Notes under the pieces: model-generated | Seen by the model: the letters and a program-made list of their open reading frames with translations, nothing else | Database searches by the model: none | What the model was told of the DNA's origin: nothing | NCBI GenBank assembly: GCA_003427395.1 | Contig: BFEA01000003.1 | Span: 3,940,440-4,004,439, forward strand | Length of the DNA stretch: 64,000 bases | From: Chara braunii | Lineage: Eukaryota; Plantae; Charophyceae | Direction of reading: 5' to 3' | Made by a program: the position numbers and the translations under genes | Shown here: piece after piece, positions 24,491 through 35,086 of the stretch | Layout: each line of letters starts with the position of its first letter | How positions within the stretch are numbered: the first letter of the stretch is position 1

Positions 24491-24859
24491 ATGCTAGATG
24501 TGAGAGACGATTAGAGACTAGGCATATCCGCGTGTAGCATAGATAGGAGATTAGTGGTGAGACAGTTACCAGGCGCGAGAGATAGCTTCAGAAAATACGG
24601 GTTATGTGACGCGACGACAGAGATGGCGGATAGAGACACGTTGAGAGTGACGCTTTCCGTACGACAAGATAGGACGGAGGGCTGGGAAGATGAAGTGATG
24701 GATAATGTCGCACAGCGAATCAGGCTCATGACCGAGCATGCCTTAGCGTTACGAAGAGGTCAGAGATACATTGAGTACACTATCTGCTTCCATGGAGCTG
24801 ATGGGAGGGTGCACAACACTTACTCGACTGTATTGAGCTTGAGTGGTAGGATGGCCTGA
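24491..24859 (+). pseudogene. accessory ORF N3 (possibly family E)
   Basis: ATG 24491 is in frame with ORF 24554-24859, with one TAG. Weak resemblance to N5/N6. Confidence 0.5.
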
Positions 24860-24902
24860 GGAGCTGGTAGGATCGAGAGGTTGAGAGCACAGGCGTAAGG
24901 TA

Positions 24903-25652
24903 ATGAGGAGCGACTCAAGCGCATGGTGGGCGTATATCCTGTTGAGAGACTCAAACTCCTACAAAGTGAGGAGACTAGTCGGGCCTAGGGAGACTGCGCT
25001 CGGATTCGACATACCTCTTCCTGTGAGATTGGTGGATAGCGACAGGGTACCACTCGAGTATGTGGGAACGTGGATAGAGGAAAGAGTATTTCTCTGGACG
25101 ATAGTTGTAGCGGTTAGAGAACTGAGACGTGAGAGGCGGGAGGAACTGATAGGACATCTTATCTTTGATCGAGTGCGAGAGGTTGGAGTAGGACTGACAC
25201 TAGTCGGGATTGGAAGGAGCCTGTGGAGATATGAAGCTTTGGCGAAAGCTCTTCTGACTAGAAAAGCGAGACTGATAGTAGGAGACAATCAACCGCAGGT
25301 GCGTATCGTGATCAGGCCCCCGGAGCAGGATCTTCATCCTGTACAGGGCTGGAGATGGGCCCTTCCTCCATTCGTGATTGACCAAGTATACGGAGGGGTT
25401 AGGAGCCTAACGCGAGCGGTCCACCATACGCACTTGGCTCTTGGATCGGGGTTGGCACCGCGGTTCAAGGAGGCTTATTTCGCTGTTAGTTTGCGGTGGA
25501 GACGCTTTGATGACGAAGAGCTAAGAAATCTAATAGACATGTCCTGCTGGGTAGACTGTCTGAGACCGGTTGACTTAGTCGAATACTATCGGAGACGCGT
25601 GGAGGAGAAGTACGTTGGACTAGAAGACTTGAGGAATTTATTCAGGGAGTAG
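24903..25652 (+). CDS. accessory ORF N4 (family B-like), intact 249 aa
   Basis: GFDIPLPVR...VFLWTI...LIGHL...LPPFVIDQVYGG...LRPVD aligns with N1/N2. Confidence 0.75.
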   Translation: MRSDSSAWWAYILLRDSNSYKVRRLVGPRETALGFDIPLPVRLVDSDRVPLEYVGTWIEERVFLWTIVVAVRELRRERREELIGHLIFDRVREVGVGLTLVGIGRSLWRYEALAKALLTRKARLIVGDNQPQVRIVIRPPEQDLHPVQGWRWALPPFVIDQVYGGVRSLTRAVHHTHLALGSGLAPRFKEAYFAVSLRWRRFDDEELRNLIDMSCWVDCLRPVDLVEYYRRRVEEKYVGLEDLRNLFRE

Positions 25653-25657
25653 GAGAT

Positions 25658-25939
25658 ATGCCGGGTCGTAGATCAACTGGGATCGAGGTAAGCAGGCAGT
25701 TAGTGAATGAGGGGTTCACGGTTACGGTACTACTCAGAGCGAGCATAGAGGACAACCTGACTGAGCAGGAAAGTATTCTACAAGCCAGATAATTTATTCG
25801 GGAATACAGACCGGGCGTTCTCGAATGCGTAACCTTTCAGACCAAGATATAGTACGAGGTAATGGTGTGGTCAGCAGGGTACCTACGCGCTGAGTTGTTC
25901 TTTGATGAGACGGTAGCAAAAGCTAGGAGTAGAATATGA
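25658..25939 (+). pseudogene. accessory ORF N5 (family E)
   Basis: ATG 5 nt after the N4 stop. Manual translation after a frameshift gives SRQLVNEGFTVTVLLRASIEDNL...YEVMVWSAGYLRAELFFDETVAKARSRI*; paralog of N6. Confidence 0.6.
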
Positions 25940-25948
25940 GCCCCGGAC

Positions 25949-26381
25949 ATGACAGAGCACGAGCAACAACTGTATCGATACAGACCTAGAGCCTCGTATT
26001 CGCTCCGGTGGGACCACAGGGGATCCGACCCCTGGAGGAGCGTGAGTGAGAGGAACCCCCGAGTAGCTACTCGAGGGATTGAGACGAGGAGTCTCTCTTC
26101 TCGACGACGTCTTCCCTACGCTCGGGTTGTCTCTAGGCAATTAGCGTGTGACAACGAGACCCTACAGATTCTCTTGAGGGTGAGCATAGAAGAAGAACTG
26201 TCAGACCGCGAGTTCAAAGAACTTGCAGAAGATGTTATATGGGAGTAGAGAGTTGGAGCGCTGAGGGAGTTGACGATACAGAACCTGGGTAGTATATGAG
26301 GTGATCGTATGCGTTAAAGGAAGAGTGCGCTTGGAGATAATTCAGGACGAGACACCCGCAGAGGCTCGAAGCAGTATGTGA
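25949..26381 (+). pseudogene. accessory ORF N6 (family E) with N-terminal gag-derived peptide
   Basis: SRQLACDNETLQILLRVSIEEEL...YEVIVCVKGRVRLEIIQDETPAEARSSM*. The N-terminal SYSLRWDHRGSDPWRSVSERNPR matches gag at ~29935-30000. Confidence 0.65.
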
Positions 26382-26617
26382 TAGAAGTTCAGGGTAAGAA
26401 AAGTGATGGATCGCAGAGGATGGAAGATCTAGAAGGAAGGAAAAAGACAGTAGAAGAGTGTATTATTAAGCCAATGGCAGAACGGGTTAAGGAACTCTCC
26501 CTCAAGATCCAGGACTGCGGACCTAAGAAGGATAGGAGTGAGCTGCACGGAATAGAAGGTGCGACGAAGGCCCTGAGAAGGCTTTTTATAAAGGACAAAT
26601 ATTTCTTTAGGAGGTAG
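26378..26617 (+). CDS. accessory ORF N7, charged helical
   Basis: 79-aa ORF (ATG ~26420) filling the gap between N6 and N8; may extend through a stop. Confidence 0.45.
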   Translation: MIEVQGKKSDGSQRMEDLEGRKKTVEECIIKPMAERVKELSLKIQDCGPKKDRSELHGIEGATKALRRLFIKDKYFFRR

Positions 26618-26767
26618 AGGCTAGAATTTCTAGAGAGTGTCAAGAGGAGAAGTCTAGGGAACGAAGGGTCACTTGAGTCGACAGGAAGGAAAAAGGAGTT
26701 GATAGAGACTGCAACGTCAGGAGAGAAGAAGGATGTTGCTGAGGGTGACGAAGAATGAGGAGGGAGG

Positions 26768-27256
26768 ATGAGCAGCGATAGATGTTTTATGCGAGTTATA
26801 GGAAAAATGGAAGGGTCAACCGCTTGTGTTAGAATACAATTGGAGCAACAAAAGAGGCTCACAGTGATCGAGGAAGTGGAAAGTACTAGAGAAGCAGTTC
26901 AAAAGGCGCGGGTGATTGGACTCTGGGTAGGAGAAGGGAGTGCACAACTGATCTATTATTCGTTGCACTTGTCCCCCTACGATAGAGTGACTCTAAGTAG
27001 AGAGTGGCGCGAGTCTCCGGGGAAAATTCTAAAGAGTGAAGCGGAAGTGTCAGGGGAGTTTGCAAAGGCTATAGTAGAAAGTTCGGTTCTAAGAATCCTG
27101 AAAGCACACGACCAGTACCGGAGTGAGTTTCTTTGGACCCTAGCCGAGATTGAAGATTTTGGGGACATAGAAGATTTTGAAACATTTTTTCGGTACTTGG
27201 AGGAAGCCACGGACCGGATTCTGTTGGCCTTAGCTCTAATCGCAGCAGACTTTTAG
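26768..27256 (+). CDS. accessory ORF N8, intact 162 aa
   Basis: ATG-initiated, intact, globular-looking composition, within the array. Confidence 0.65.
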   Translation: MSSDRCFMRVIGKMEGSTACVRIQLEQQKRLTVIEEVESTREAVQKARVIGLWVGEGSAQLIYYSLHLSPYDRVTLSREWRESPGKILKSEAEVSGEFAKAIVESSVLRILKAHDQYRSEFLWTLAEIEDFGDIEDFETFFRYLEEATDRILLALALIAADF

Positions 27257-27274
27257 ATACCTCATGGATAAGGG

Positions 27275-27772
27275 ATGCCATTACCAGAGGCGGAGCTAGC
27301 GAGGACGAGAAGAAGATTTGGGGTTTGGGGTGGTCCTTACGAACCTGAACACGAGAAAGTACTTGGTGAATTGAGCGCTTTGGGCAAACGAGAGATCTTC
27401 CCGTATGAAGTGATTAAGTATCAAGTACAGAACAGTGGAGTCGAGCGCAATCAATACTATATTATGACCGTTCGGTTTCATGACTTAGAGGTGTACAACG
27501 TTGGTATATACCTGCCTAAAGAAAGTGCAGAATTTTGCATATACGGAAGGACTTGGAGGAGAGTTGCGTGGGTATTAAGAGAAGAGGAAAAGAGGTTAAA
27601 AAGTTTGGGAAAGATTGTGGAGGTCTGCGGCGACATCACTATTTTTGATGGTCTGGCTAGGCTGCCTGTTCCATGTCAAGGGCTAGAGCAAAACAAATGG
27701 GAGACTGTTGTTGGACTCTCTCTAGCGGTCAGGATCGAGGACAAGTTCAGGAAGACCACTAAGGATGAATAG
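27275..27772 (+). CDS. accessory ORF N9 (family F), intact 165 aa
   Basis: LSALGKREIFPYEV..Y.+..SG.E....YI+T+.F...EVY.V.IYLP...GL.R.PVP.Q...E.VVGL.L; paralog of N10. Confidence 0.78.
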   Translation: MPLPEAELARTRRRFGVWGGPYEPEHEKVLGELSALGKREIFPYEVIKYQVQNSGVERNQYYIMTVRFHDLEVYNVGIYLPKESAEFCIYGRTWRRVAWVLREEEKRLKSLGKIVEVCGDITIFDGLARLPVPCQGLEQNKWETVVGLSLAVRIEDKFRKTTKDE

Positions 27773-27781
27773 CATGAGGGA

Positions 27782-28276
27782 ATGAGTAAAGATACGACTA
27801 TCTCTGAGAGGGAATTGCAGTCGAGAAGAGAGAGGTTCCTTGCAGGCAACAGACCTTCGGATGAGGTGTTAGCAGAGACTTGCGAGATGTTGAGTTCCTT
27901 AGGGCGAAGAGAGGTTATTCCGTACGAGGTGGTGACCTATGAATTAGTGGACAGCGGTTGGGAGCAGATACGTCTTTACATTATCACCATTTGGTTCATA
28001 GCCGTTGAGGTGTATGATGTTAGGATTTACCTTCCAGTGGAACGACAAGGCGATTTGATTTACAGTCGGTGCTGGGAGCGCGCAGAAGAAGTCGTCGAGA
28101 GTGAGCGGGATAAAATTCTAGCACTAGGTAAGGAGGTAATCTGGGACACCCGGATAACGCTCTTTCAGGGGTTGCCCAGACCTCCTGTACCACGTCAGGT
28201 GGTTCGAGGGAGGAGCAATGAGGCAGTGGTTGGCTTAGCGCTTCGATACTTTAAGTTTGATGGTCGTAGGCGGTGA
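27782..28276 (+). CDS. accessory ORF N10 (family F), intact 164 aa
   Basis: Starts 9 nt after the N9 stop and aligns end-to-end with N9. Confidence 0.78.
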   Translation: MSKDTTISERELQSRRERFLAGNRPSDEVLAETCEMLSSLGRREVIPYEVVTYELVDSGWEQIRLYIITIWFIAVEVYDVRIYLPVERQGDLIYSRCWERAEEVVESERDKILALGKEVIWDTRITLFQGLPRPPVPRQVVRGRSNEAVVGLALRYFKFDGRRR

Positions 28277-28584
28277 TTACCTGCTCGCAGAAGCTCACGT
28301 CGCACGCGTTAAGTGATCTAGCGCGGAGGGCATCGGTCGACCTACGAGAGAGTTTGCGTTCTTGTGCACCGGAAGAGTTGATGAGGATCGCGACAGAGAA
28401 TTGTAGGAGAGTGAGGATATCAGAGTCCGGAGTCATAGAGATTAGAAGAGGTGTTCGTTGCATAGAAGAGCAGGAGGGAGAACTTTATTTTGACTCAGGG
28501 ATTTTAGGTATCGAGGGTGAGCACGAGATACGAGACGAGACTGGGAGACTTGTTGCGATCCTGAGAGCGGTCGCAAATGAGTGA
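28260..28584 (+). pseudogene. accessory ORF N11
   Basis: ATG 28260 overlaps the N10 end; track ORF 28273-28584 gives the C-terminal part. Confidence 0.45.
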
Positions 28585-28592
28585 CTGACTCT

Positions 28593-28713
28593 TTCATTGG
28601 TCCGGGCTGCGGATTCTTTCATAGGTCCAGGCTGCGGATTCATTCATAGATCCTGGCTGCGGATTCTTTCATAGGTCCGGGTTGCGGACTCATTCATAGG
28701 TCCAGGCTGTCGG
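28593..28713 (+). repeat. 25-bp tandem repeat (~5 copies) immediately upstream of nested gag
   Basis: Unit ttcataggtcc(a/g)ggctgcggattc(t/a) at 28593, 28618, 28643, 28668 and 28693. Confidence 0.9.
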
Positions 28714-28751
28714 TGCTGACCCACTAAATCGGAAGAGGGAAATCCGATACA

Positions 28752-31700
28752 ATGGGGCCGCATCCGGACGAGGAACAAGCGGTGTATCGAGCGTCGCCGG
28801 ATAGGGCTCTGCGAGACCTCAAGGAGCGTCTCCGACAAAGCGCTCCTTTGAGGTGTGTAGAGCAGCCGGACGACGAAGAGCCTGAGGTAATGGCGCCTCC
28901 AGTCGCCAACGAGCCCAACAGGGCGCTTCCAGTGGAACGGACAGAGATTCTGACCGAGCCCCCGAGTTTTCGGCGTGAATCGTTTATTCAACGCTCATCT
29001 GTGTATGAGCGTAGGGAGGATAGAGGCTACCTAGGAGGAGAAGACTGGAGGGACCAGTTTATTAGAGAGCAGTTATGGAGGGATAGAGAGAGGGCTGTGA
29101 TGTCCAGAGGGGTATTTGACCCTGAGACAGGGGAATCTCACCCCCTGCCATACGAGACGAGAGATAGGTTCATCATCTCGCATCAGCCCTCGAAATTGGA
29201 TACCAGACCTCCTGTTTTCAAAGGGTGTGGAATTACCGAATATATCGAAAAGTGGGAGTTGCACGCCTACCGAAGTCGGTGGACAGAGGATGAGATTATA
29301 GACAACTTCTTGTTTAATGTGGACCCAAGCTTGAGTCAGGAGATTAAAGAGGCTTGACCCAAAGATAGGCGATGAGCTACTTATAAAACCAATATGTACG
29401 AGCTCTACAAACTAGAAGATGTTAAGAATTTTATCCGAGACTTGGAGCAGTTGACCCAAGGGGAGGGCGAGAGCGTCCGGGTTTTCGGAAAGCGGTTCCG
29501 GAAGGTATCTAATGCCCTTATGGCAAGAGGGAAGTTGTCAGAGGTTGAGAGATGCACGATCTTCCTTAGCCAGCTACCCAGAGGGAAGCAAAAGGCTGTG
29601 CTGAGAGAGACACCTCACGATAAGTTAGAATTTATTGCGTTACTTAAGTTGGCCATGAAGGCTGAGGCGGATGACTACAAGGACTTACTCTGGAGAGACA
29701 TGCAGCAGCGGGACTATTCCCTCTATCAGGAATACGGGACCGATAGGTGCGCAGATTTCAACGACAAACCTTGGGCTGAGCGACGTTATCTGATGGATAA
29801 AGATGGATATCAGCGGACGAAGGATAAGGATGCGGTAATAGAGGAGATGTAAGAAAAGATGAAGGAAATGGTCAGGCAAATGACAAATTTCGAAACGAAG
29901 GTCGGAACTACGTACCGGGACAAGCCTGGATCCCCCTACTCTCTACGATGGGATCGTCGGAACACCGAACCATGGAGGAGTGTCGAAGACCGTAACCCTC
30001 GCACATTGGCTGATTACCTCGCAAGGGAAAGAGATGAAGATGAGTGGCGACGTAGAGATGAAGAGGATTGTAGACGTAGGGATGAGGAGGATTGAAGGCG
30101 CGAAGATGAGGATAATCGGAGGCGTAGAGAGGATGAAGAGCGGAGGCGCAGGGATGATGATATAGACAAAGACCGTCGGCGTGATGGGTATAGAGGAGGA
30201 GATTCTTATAGTCGATGTGACAGATCCGACCAGTATCTGCGCAGTCCCAGGTACGGTGGGAATATCGAAGGGTACCGGAGCCCGGGCAATTTTAACTCGA
30301 GGGATAGAGAGGATTGCCGCAGCAGATGGGAATCGGACAGAGACCGCCGAGATGGATATCGAAGCGGTTACGAACGGACAGGGAGAGGGGGATATCCTGC
30401 GTCGCCAGGATACCCCAAGTCCCCAAACTATCCGAGATCTCCTGGGTCGTCCAATCAGGACGCGAGACGGCCAACTATTATGAGTACTAAGGAGCGACCC
30501 CCTACACCAAGAAAGTCGTGTATCTATTGTAGGGGAGACGATCACCTCAAGAGAGACTATCCTGACCTCAAGCGGGCGATAGATGAGGGACTTGTCGTAC
30601 TTGATGATCGCAAGTACGTCAAGTGGGCGGATAACCTCGGAGATGTATCGATGTTTCCTTCAATGAAGGAGAACGTGGAGGCTAGGCGAGTACTACCGAA
30701 CAAGGGCAAAGGAGTGGCAAGGAGCCAGAGTGTGAGGTGAGTCTGTCTTCTGATGACGAGGCTCCTATGACACCTATACGGGTGGCGGCGACTAAGTCCG
30801 CTAGACCTTCTTCTTCGAAGAAGGCTGACACGGATTATGTAATGACAGAGAAGGATGGGCAGAGTATTGAAGGAGAAGAAGTGATACTTTCGTCGTGCAA
30901 ACGAGGAGTCAGGAAGTTTACGATGAAGAGCACTCTGGATGACATAGATACGGTTGAGCATCTTAGAGGTGCGCTCAGGCAGCTGATGCAGTGCACTATA
31001 CTTTAGTACTTGGCAGCCTCGAGACCAGCGCGGGATGAGTTCCAGATGATTACGCGTAAAACGCGTATTCCTCTTAGCGACGAAGTCCAGATGGCAACCA
31101 AACAGGATGAGACACCCACTGTTGCGGTATCAAGCGTAATCACTAAGGCGGATCGCGCTGCCACAGTGTTCCTAGATGGGAAGGAGGGAGTGCCTCCTGA
31201 CAAGTTTTATATCCTAGGCAGTGGGACAGTACAGACTACACTCAATGACGAGGTAGTCCTTTATGCTGTAATTGATAATGGCAGTGAAGCTGTCATCATA
31301 GATGAGGAGTTGGCGGTGCGATTGGGATTGGATCTTGATAGGTCATATCAGTTCGAGATAGAAACTGCTGATGAAAGAAAGCAAAAAGTCTCCGGGGTCT
31401 GTCACAAAGCAGCAATCGAGGTTGAGGGATTGAGGGTAATGATGCTTGTCTTCGCGGTTCGAGACTGCAGTTCCGAGCTACTATTGGGACGGACGTGGCT
31501 GAGCCATGTCCATGCCGTTACTATAAAACGGTCGGATGGAAGCCAGATGCTTTCCATCAAGCGTCCAGACGGTGGGCGGATTATGATGGAGACGGTAGAG
31601 CCTCGTGATCCGAGGAACAGAGCAGTTCTCGCTGCAGGGGGCCGCGTACTGTTCCCCTTGCAAATCGCTCCCTGAGCTTTTGCGAAAAGAAGTACGGACC

Positions 31701-31878
31701 CCTGCTTACAGAAGAAGAAGGTCGGATAGTCGAAGTCGAGGATTTAGGCACTCGTGTCCGTGTGGGAGGAAACTCTTATCCTAAGACAGAAAACGAGGAG
31801 TTTGGAGGAATGATTTTTGTGTCTTTTTTAAGGGCGCAGCCCCCTACGGGGGACGACCAAAAAGACACAAGACAGTAG
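28752..31878 (+). pseudogene. gag: nested element gag-protease (stops/frameshifts)
   Basis: Capsid-like region, RD/RE-rich repeats, knuckle CIYCRGDDHLKRDY (last Cys lost), and aspartic protease AVIDNGSE...LLLGRTWL. Confidence 0.88.
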
Positions 31879-34800
31879 CTCAGAAGGTTAAGCCGGCGGC
31901 CGTAGCTCGAGAGCGATCCGTTTTAGATGGGGTATCCGAGTAAGAGATCGCTAGAGAAATTAAAGAGAAGAAGAGAAAGGAGCCGCAATGACTGACAGAA
32001 AAGAGGATAGCGGAGATAGACATAGGAGACAGAAATCTGACTGAGCCGGAGAAAGAGCGAGTGTTAGAAGTCCTAAAGTCCTGCGACAAATCTATAGCTT
32101 TCAGTGATGCTGAAATAGGAAGGATTGATCCTAGGTATGCTAAGCTTGCAAGGATCTACACGATTCCGCATACGCCATGGAATGACGCAGGGTGGAAGTT
32201 TGCTCAGAAAGAGAAGGAAGAGGTGATCTCCTTTCTCAAAGAGAAGATGACATCACACGTAGTTGAGCCATGTGATAGCGCGTACGCGAATAGATGGTTC
32301 TTCTTAAGGAAGCCTAATGGAAAGATTCGATGGATTCAAGACCTTCAGAAGGTCAATGCTGTGACGATTTGGGATGTAGGCTCCGTACCGCACGCTGATC
32401 TATTAGCAGAAGGCGCGGAAGGCAGATCCGTTTATTCTGTCTGTGATTTATTTTTAGGATATGACGAGATACCACTAGATCCGAGAGATAGGCATCTCAA
32501 AGCCATGCACACGCCGCTCGGATTAGTGCAAATGATGGTCGTTTCGATGGGATGGACCAATGGGGTAGCGGTCTTTCATAGAGCCATGCTAGCGGTTCTG
32601 AAGGACTTTATCCCTGATAAAGTAGAAGTTTTTTTGGACGACTTTCCGATAAAAGGACCAGTGGTGAAAGACGAAACAGAAGTCGCCCCTGGCGTCAGGA
32701 GATTTGTTGAGCAACACCTGACGGATATTTATGCTGTCCTGGAGCAGCTAGATGAAGCTAACCTGACGGTTAGCGGGACAAAGAGCCGATGGGCCGTATC
32801 GACGATTAAAATTCTAGGGTTTATATGTGACGCGAAAGGCCGACGCCCCGACCCTGGGAAGCTGGAGAAGTAGTTGAATTGGCCGACTCCTTTGCACAGT
32901 GCAACTGAAATTCGCCAGTTCTTAGGGATTGTTGGTTATTGGCGGATCTTCATATGTGGATATGCGGAGAAGGCAGAGCCTCTGCGGATCCTTCTTAGGA
33001 AGACCGAGAAGTTCTACTGGGATTCTTCTCAAGAGCTTGCAGTGCAATCCCTCAAGGAAGAATTTAAGGAAGGCGGGCGAATTCTATGTGTGTCATTCTT
33101 TGAGGACGAGACGGACAGACTGTTCATAGTGTCTACGGATGCTGGGTCGTGTTCGGTTGGGGGATTGCTTTCTCAAAAGGATGCTGATGGCAAGGAAATG
33201 TCATTGAGGTTCGAGAGACGAACACTCAACACTTAAGAGCGTAACTACAGTCGGTTTAAAAAGGAAGTGTTGGTTGTTCTACGGTGCTTAGATACCTTTA
33301 GGCATTACATATACGGGAGGCGATTCGTTATTAGGGTAAACCCTACGGCTGTGGCGTTAGTCCTACAGAAGGATTTCAGTTTGACGGATCCTACTATCGC
33401 TCGGTGGCTGATCATGATTCGACTTTATGATTATACTGTGAAGAGGATCTCGGGAGCAAAGAACGCCGTGGCTGACGGACTCTCACGGATTCCGATTGAG
33501 GTGGAGCGGGTGATAGCAGTTGCTGCGTTGACTATGACTGAGCCTAGACGAATGGATCGCTTCCTAGTCAATCTCTATGAAGGTAAGTACCGCACTATAG
33601 GGTTGCATCTGTCAGGAGAGGAAAGCACTGATTCGGACATCCGGAGACAGGCGGCACAGTACTGCCTTAGAGTTGGATATTTGTTTCGTCGACCTGTGGG
33701 AGCAGGGATGCCTCTACGGGTGATCTGTGACCCAGAGGAGAAACAATCCATAGTAGCCGAGTTACATGACGGTGTAGTCGGAGGACATAGAGGAGTAAAA
33801 GGAACATACGAGAAGGTTCGCAGACTATATTGGTGGGAAGGACAGTACAAGGACATTGAAAAGTATTGCGAAACTTGTGAGGACTACCAGAAGAGGTCCC
33901 TTATCAGATATAAAGAGCCGCTTCATCCTTCATATCCTACTAGACCGGGAGAGAAAGTGCATATTGATCTGGTGAAGATGCCGAAGGGTGTAGGGAACAT
34001 GAACTATGTAGTGAACATCAGGGATGATTTCACTGGCTTTGTCGATGGTAAGCCTATCAGAACGAAGGTCGCAAGAGAAGTTAAGAACTTCGTCCTGGAA
34101 TATCTGTCAAGATATGGATGCGTTAGTAAGATTGTGATGGATAGAGGAACGGAGTTCCTTGCAGATGAGGTCCAAAGCGTGTTCAAGAAAGCGGGGGCTA
34201 GAGTATCTATAGCTACTACCTATCACCCCCAGTCCAATGCGCCTGTAGAGCGGGGCCACCAGTCCTTGATAGCATCGCTGTCCAAGTGGTGTAGAGGAAA
34301 GAATAGTGATTGGCCGAAGTATTTCAGGTATGCGATATGGGCGGACAATGTCACTATCCGAGCTAGTACGGGCTACCCTCCTTACACTCTATGGTTTGGA
34401 AGGCACTGTCCTCTGCCCATAGAGTTTCACGTTGACAGTTGGACTACAGTTAACTGGGCAGAAAACATGACACGGGAAGAGTTACTAACAGCTAGGACTA
34501 GACAGATAGCTTACAGACTAGAGGATAACCTCATGACTGCAGCCAATCCACTGGCGGTGGAAAGAGAGAAAAGTAAAGTGAGATGGGATAAGGATGTCAG
34601 AATCAGAAAAGAGAACATTAAAGTCGATGATATGGTTCTTCTCTACGCCGCCGCTCTAGAGAGAACATGGACGGGAAAACTGGCTAACAGATGGATGGGT
34701 CTATATCGAGTAGTTGGTGAGTTAAGCTGGTGTGCATATATGATTGCTGAGCTAGATGGATCGAAATGGAAGGATCATGTGGCAGGAGCTAGGTTGAAGC

Positions 34801-34883
34801 TGTTTAGGCCAAGGGCGACTCCTACTTCTGTACCGACGCCAAGGTCGCAGATGAAAAGGGACCGTCAAGACGGTTCGAGGTAG
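31824..34883 (+). pseudogene. pol: nested element pol: RT-RNase H-integrase
   Basis: RT: NRWFFLRK..DLQKVN..DLFLGY..MGWTNG..FLDD. RH: TDAG..E..ADGLSR. IN: HDG..GH..CETC with D..D(RGTEF)..E(RGH) and a GPY-like WMGLYRV. Several stops. Confidence 0.95.
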
Positions 34884-35086
34884 GTGAGAGCTCGAGGAAG
34901 AGGAAGAGAGTAGAGACCAGGAAAGTGAAGGGCTTAACGCTAGGAAAGAAAAGGAAATGGATTTTCGTCCTACAAAGACCTAAGCGCAGGGTCCGCATTA
35001 GGAAGAGTGGCACAGTTGGCACACGGACTCCCCAACGAAAGAAGAAGCAAAGAAGGACTCTTGTATCAAAACCCAAACGATTGTGT

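Noticed and set aside
22334-28584. env-like identity for the accessory ORFs
   Set aside because: They lie upstream of gag, and I see no signal peptide, clear transmembrane anchor or furin/fusion-peptide pattern.
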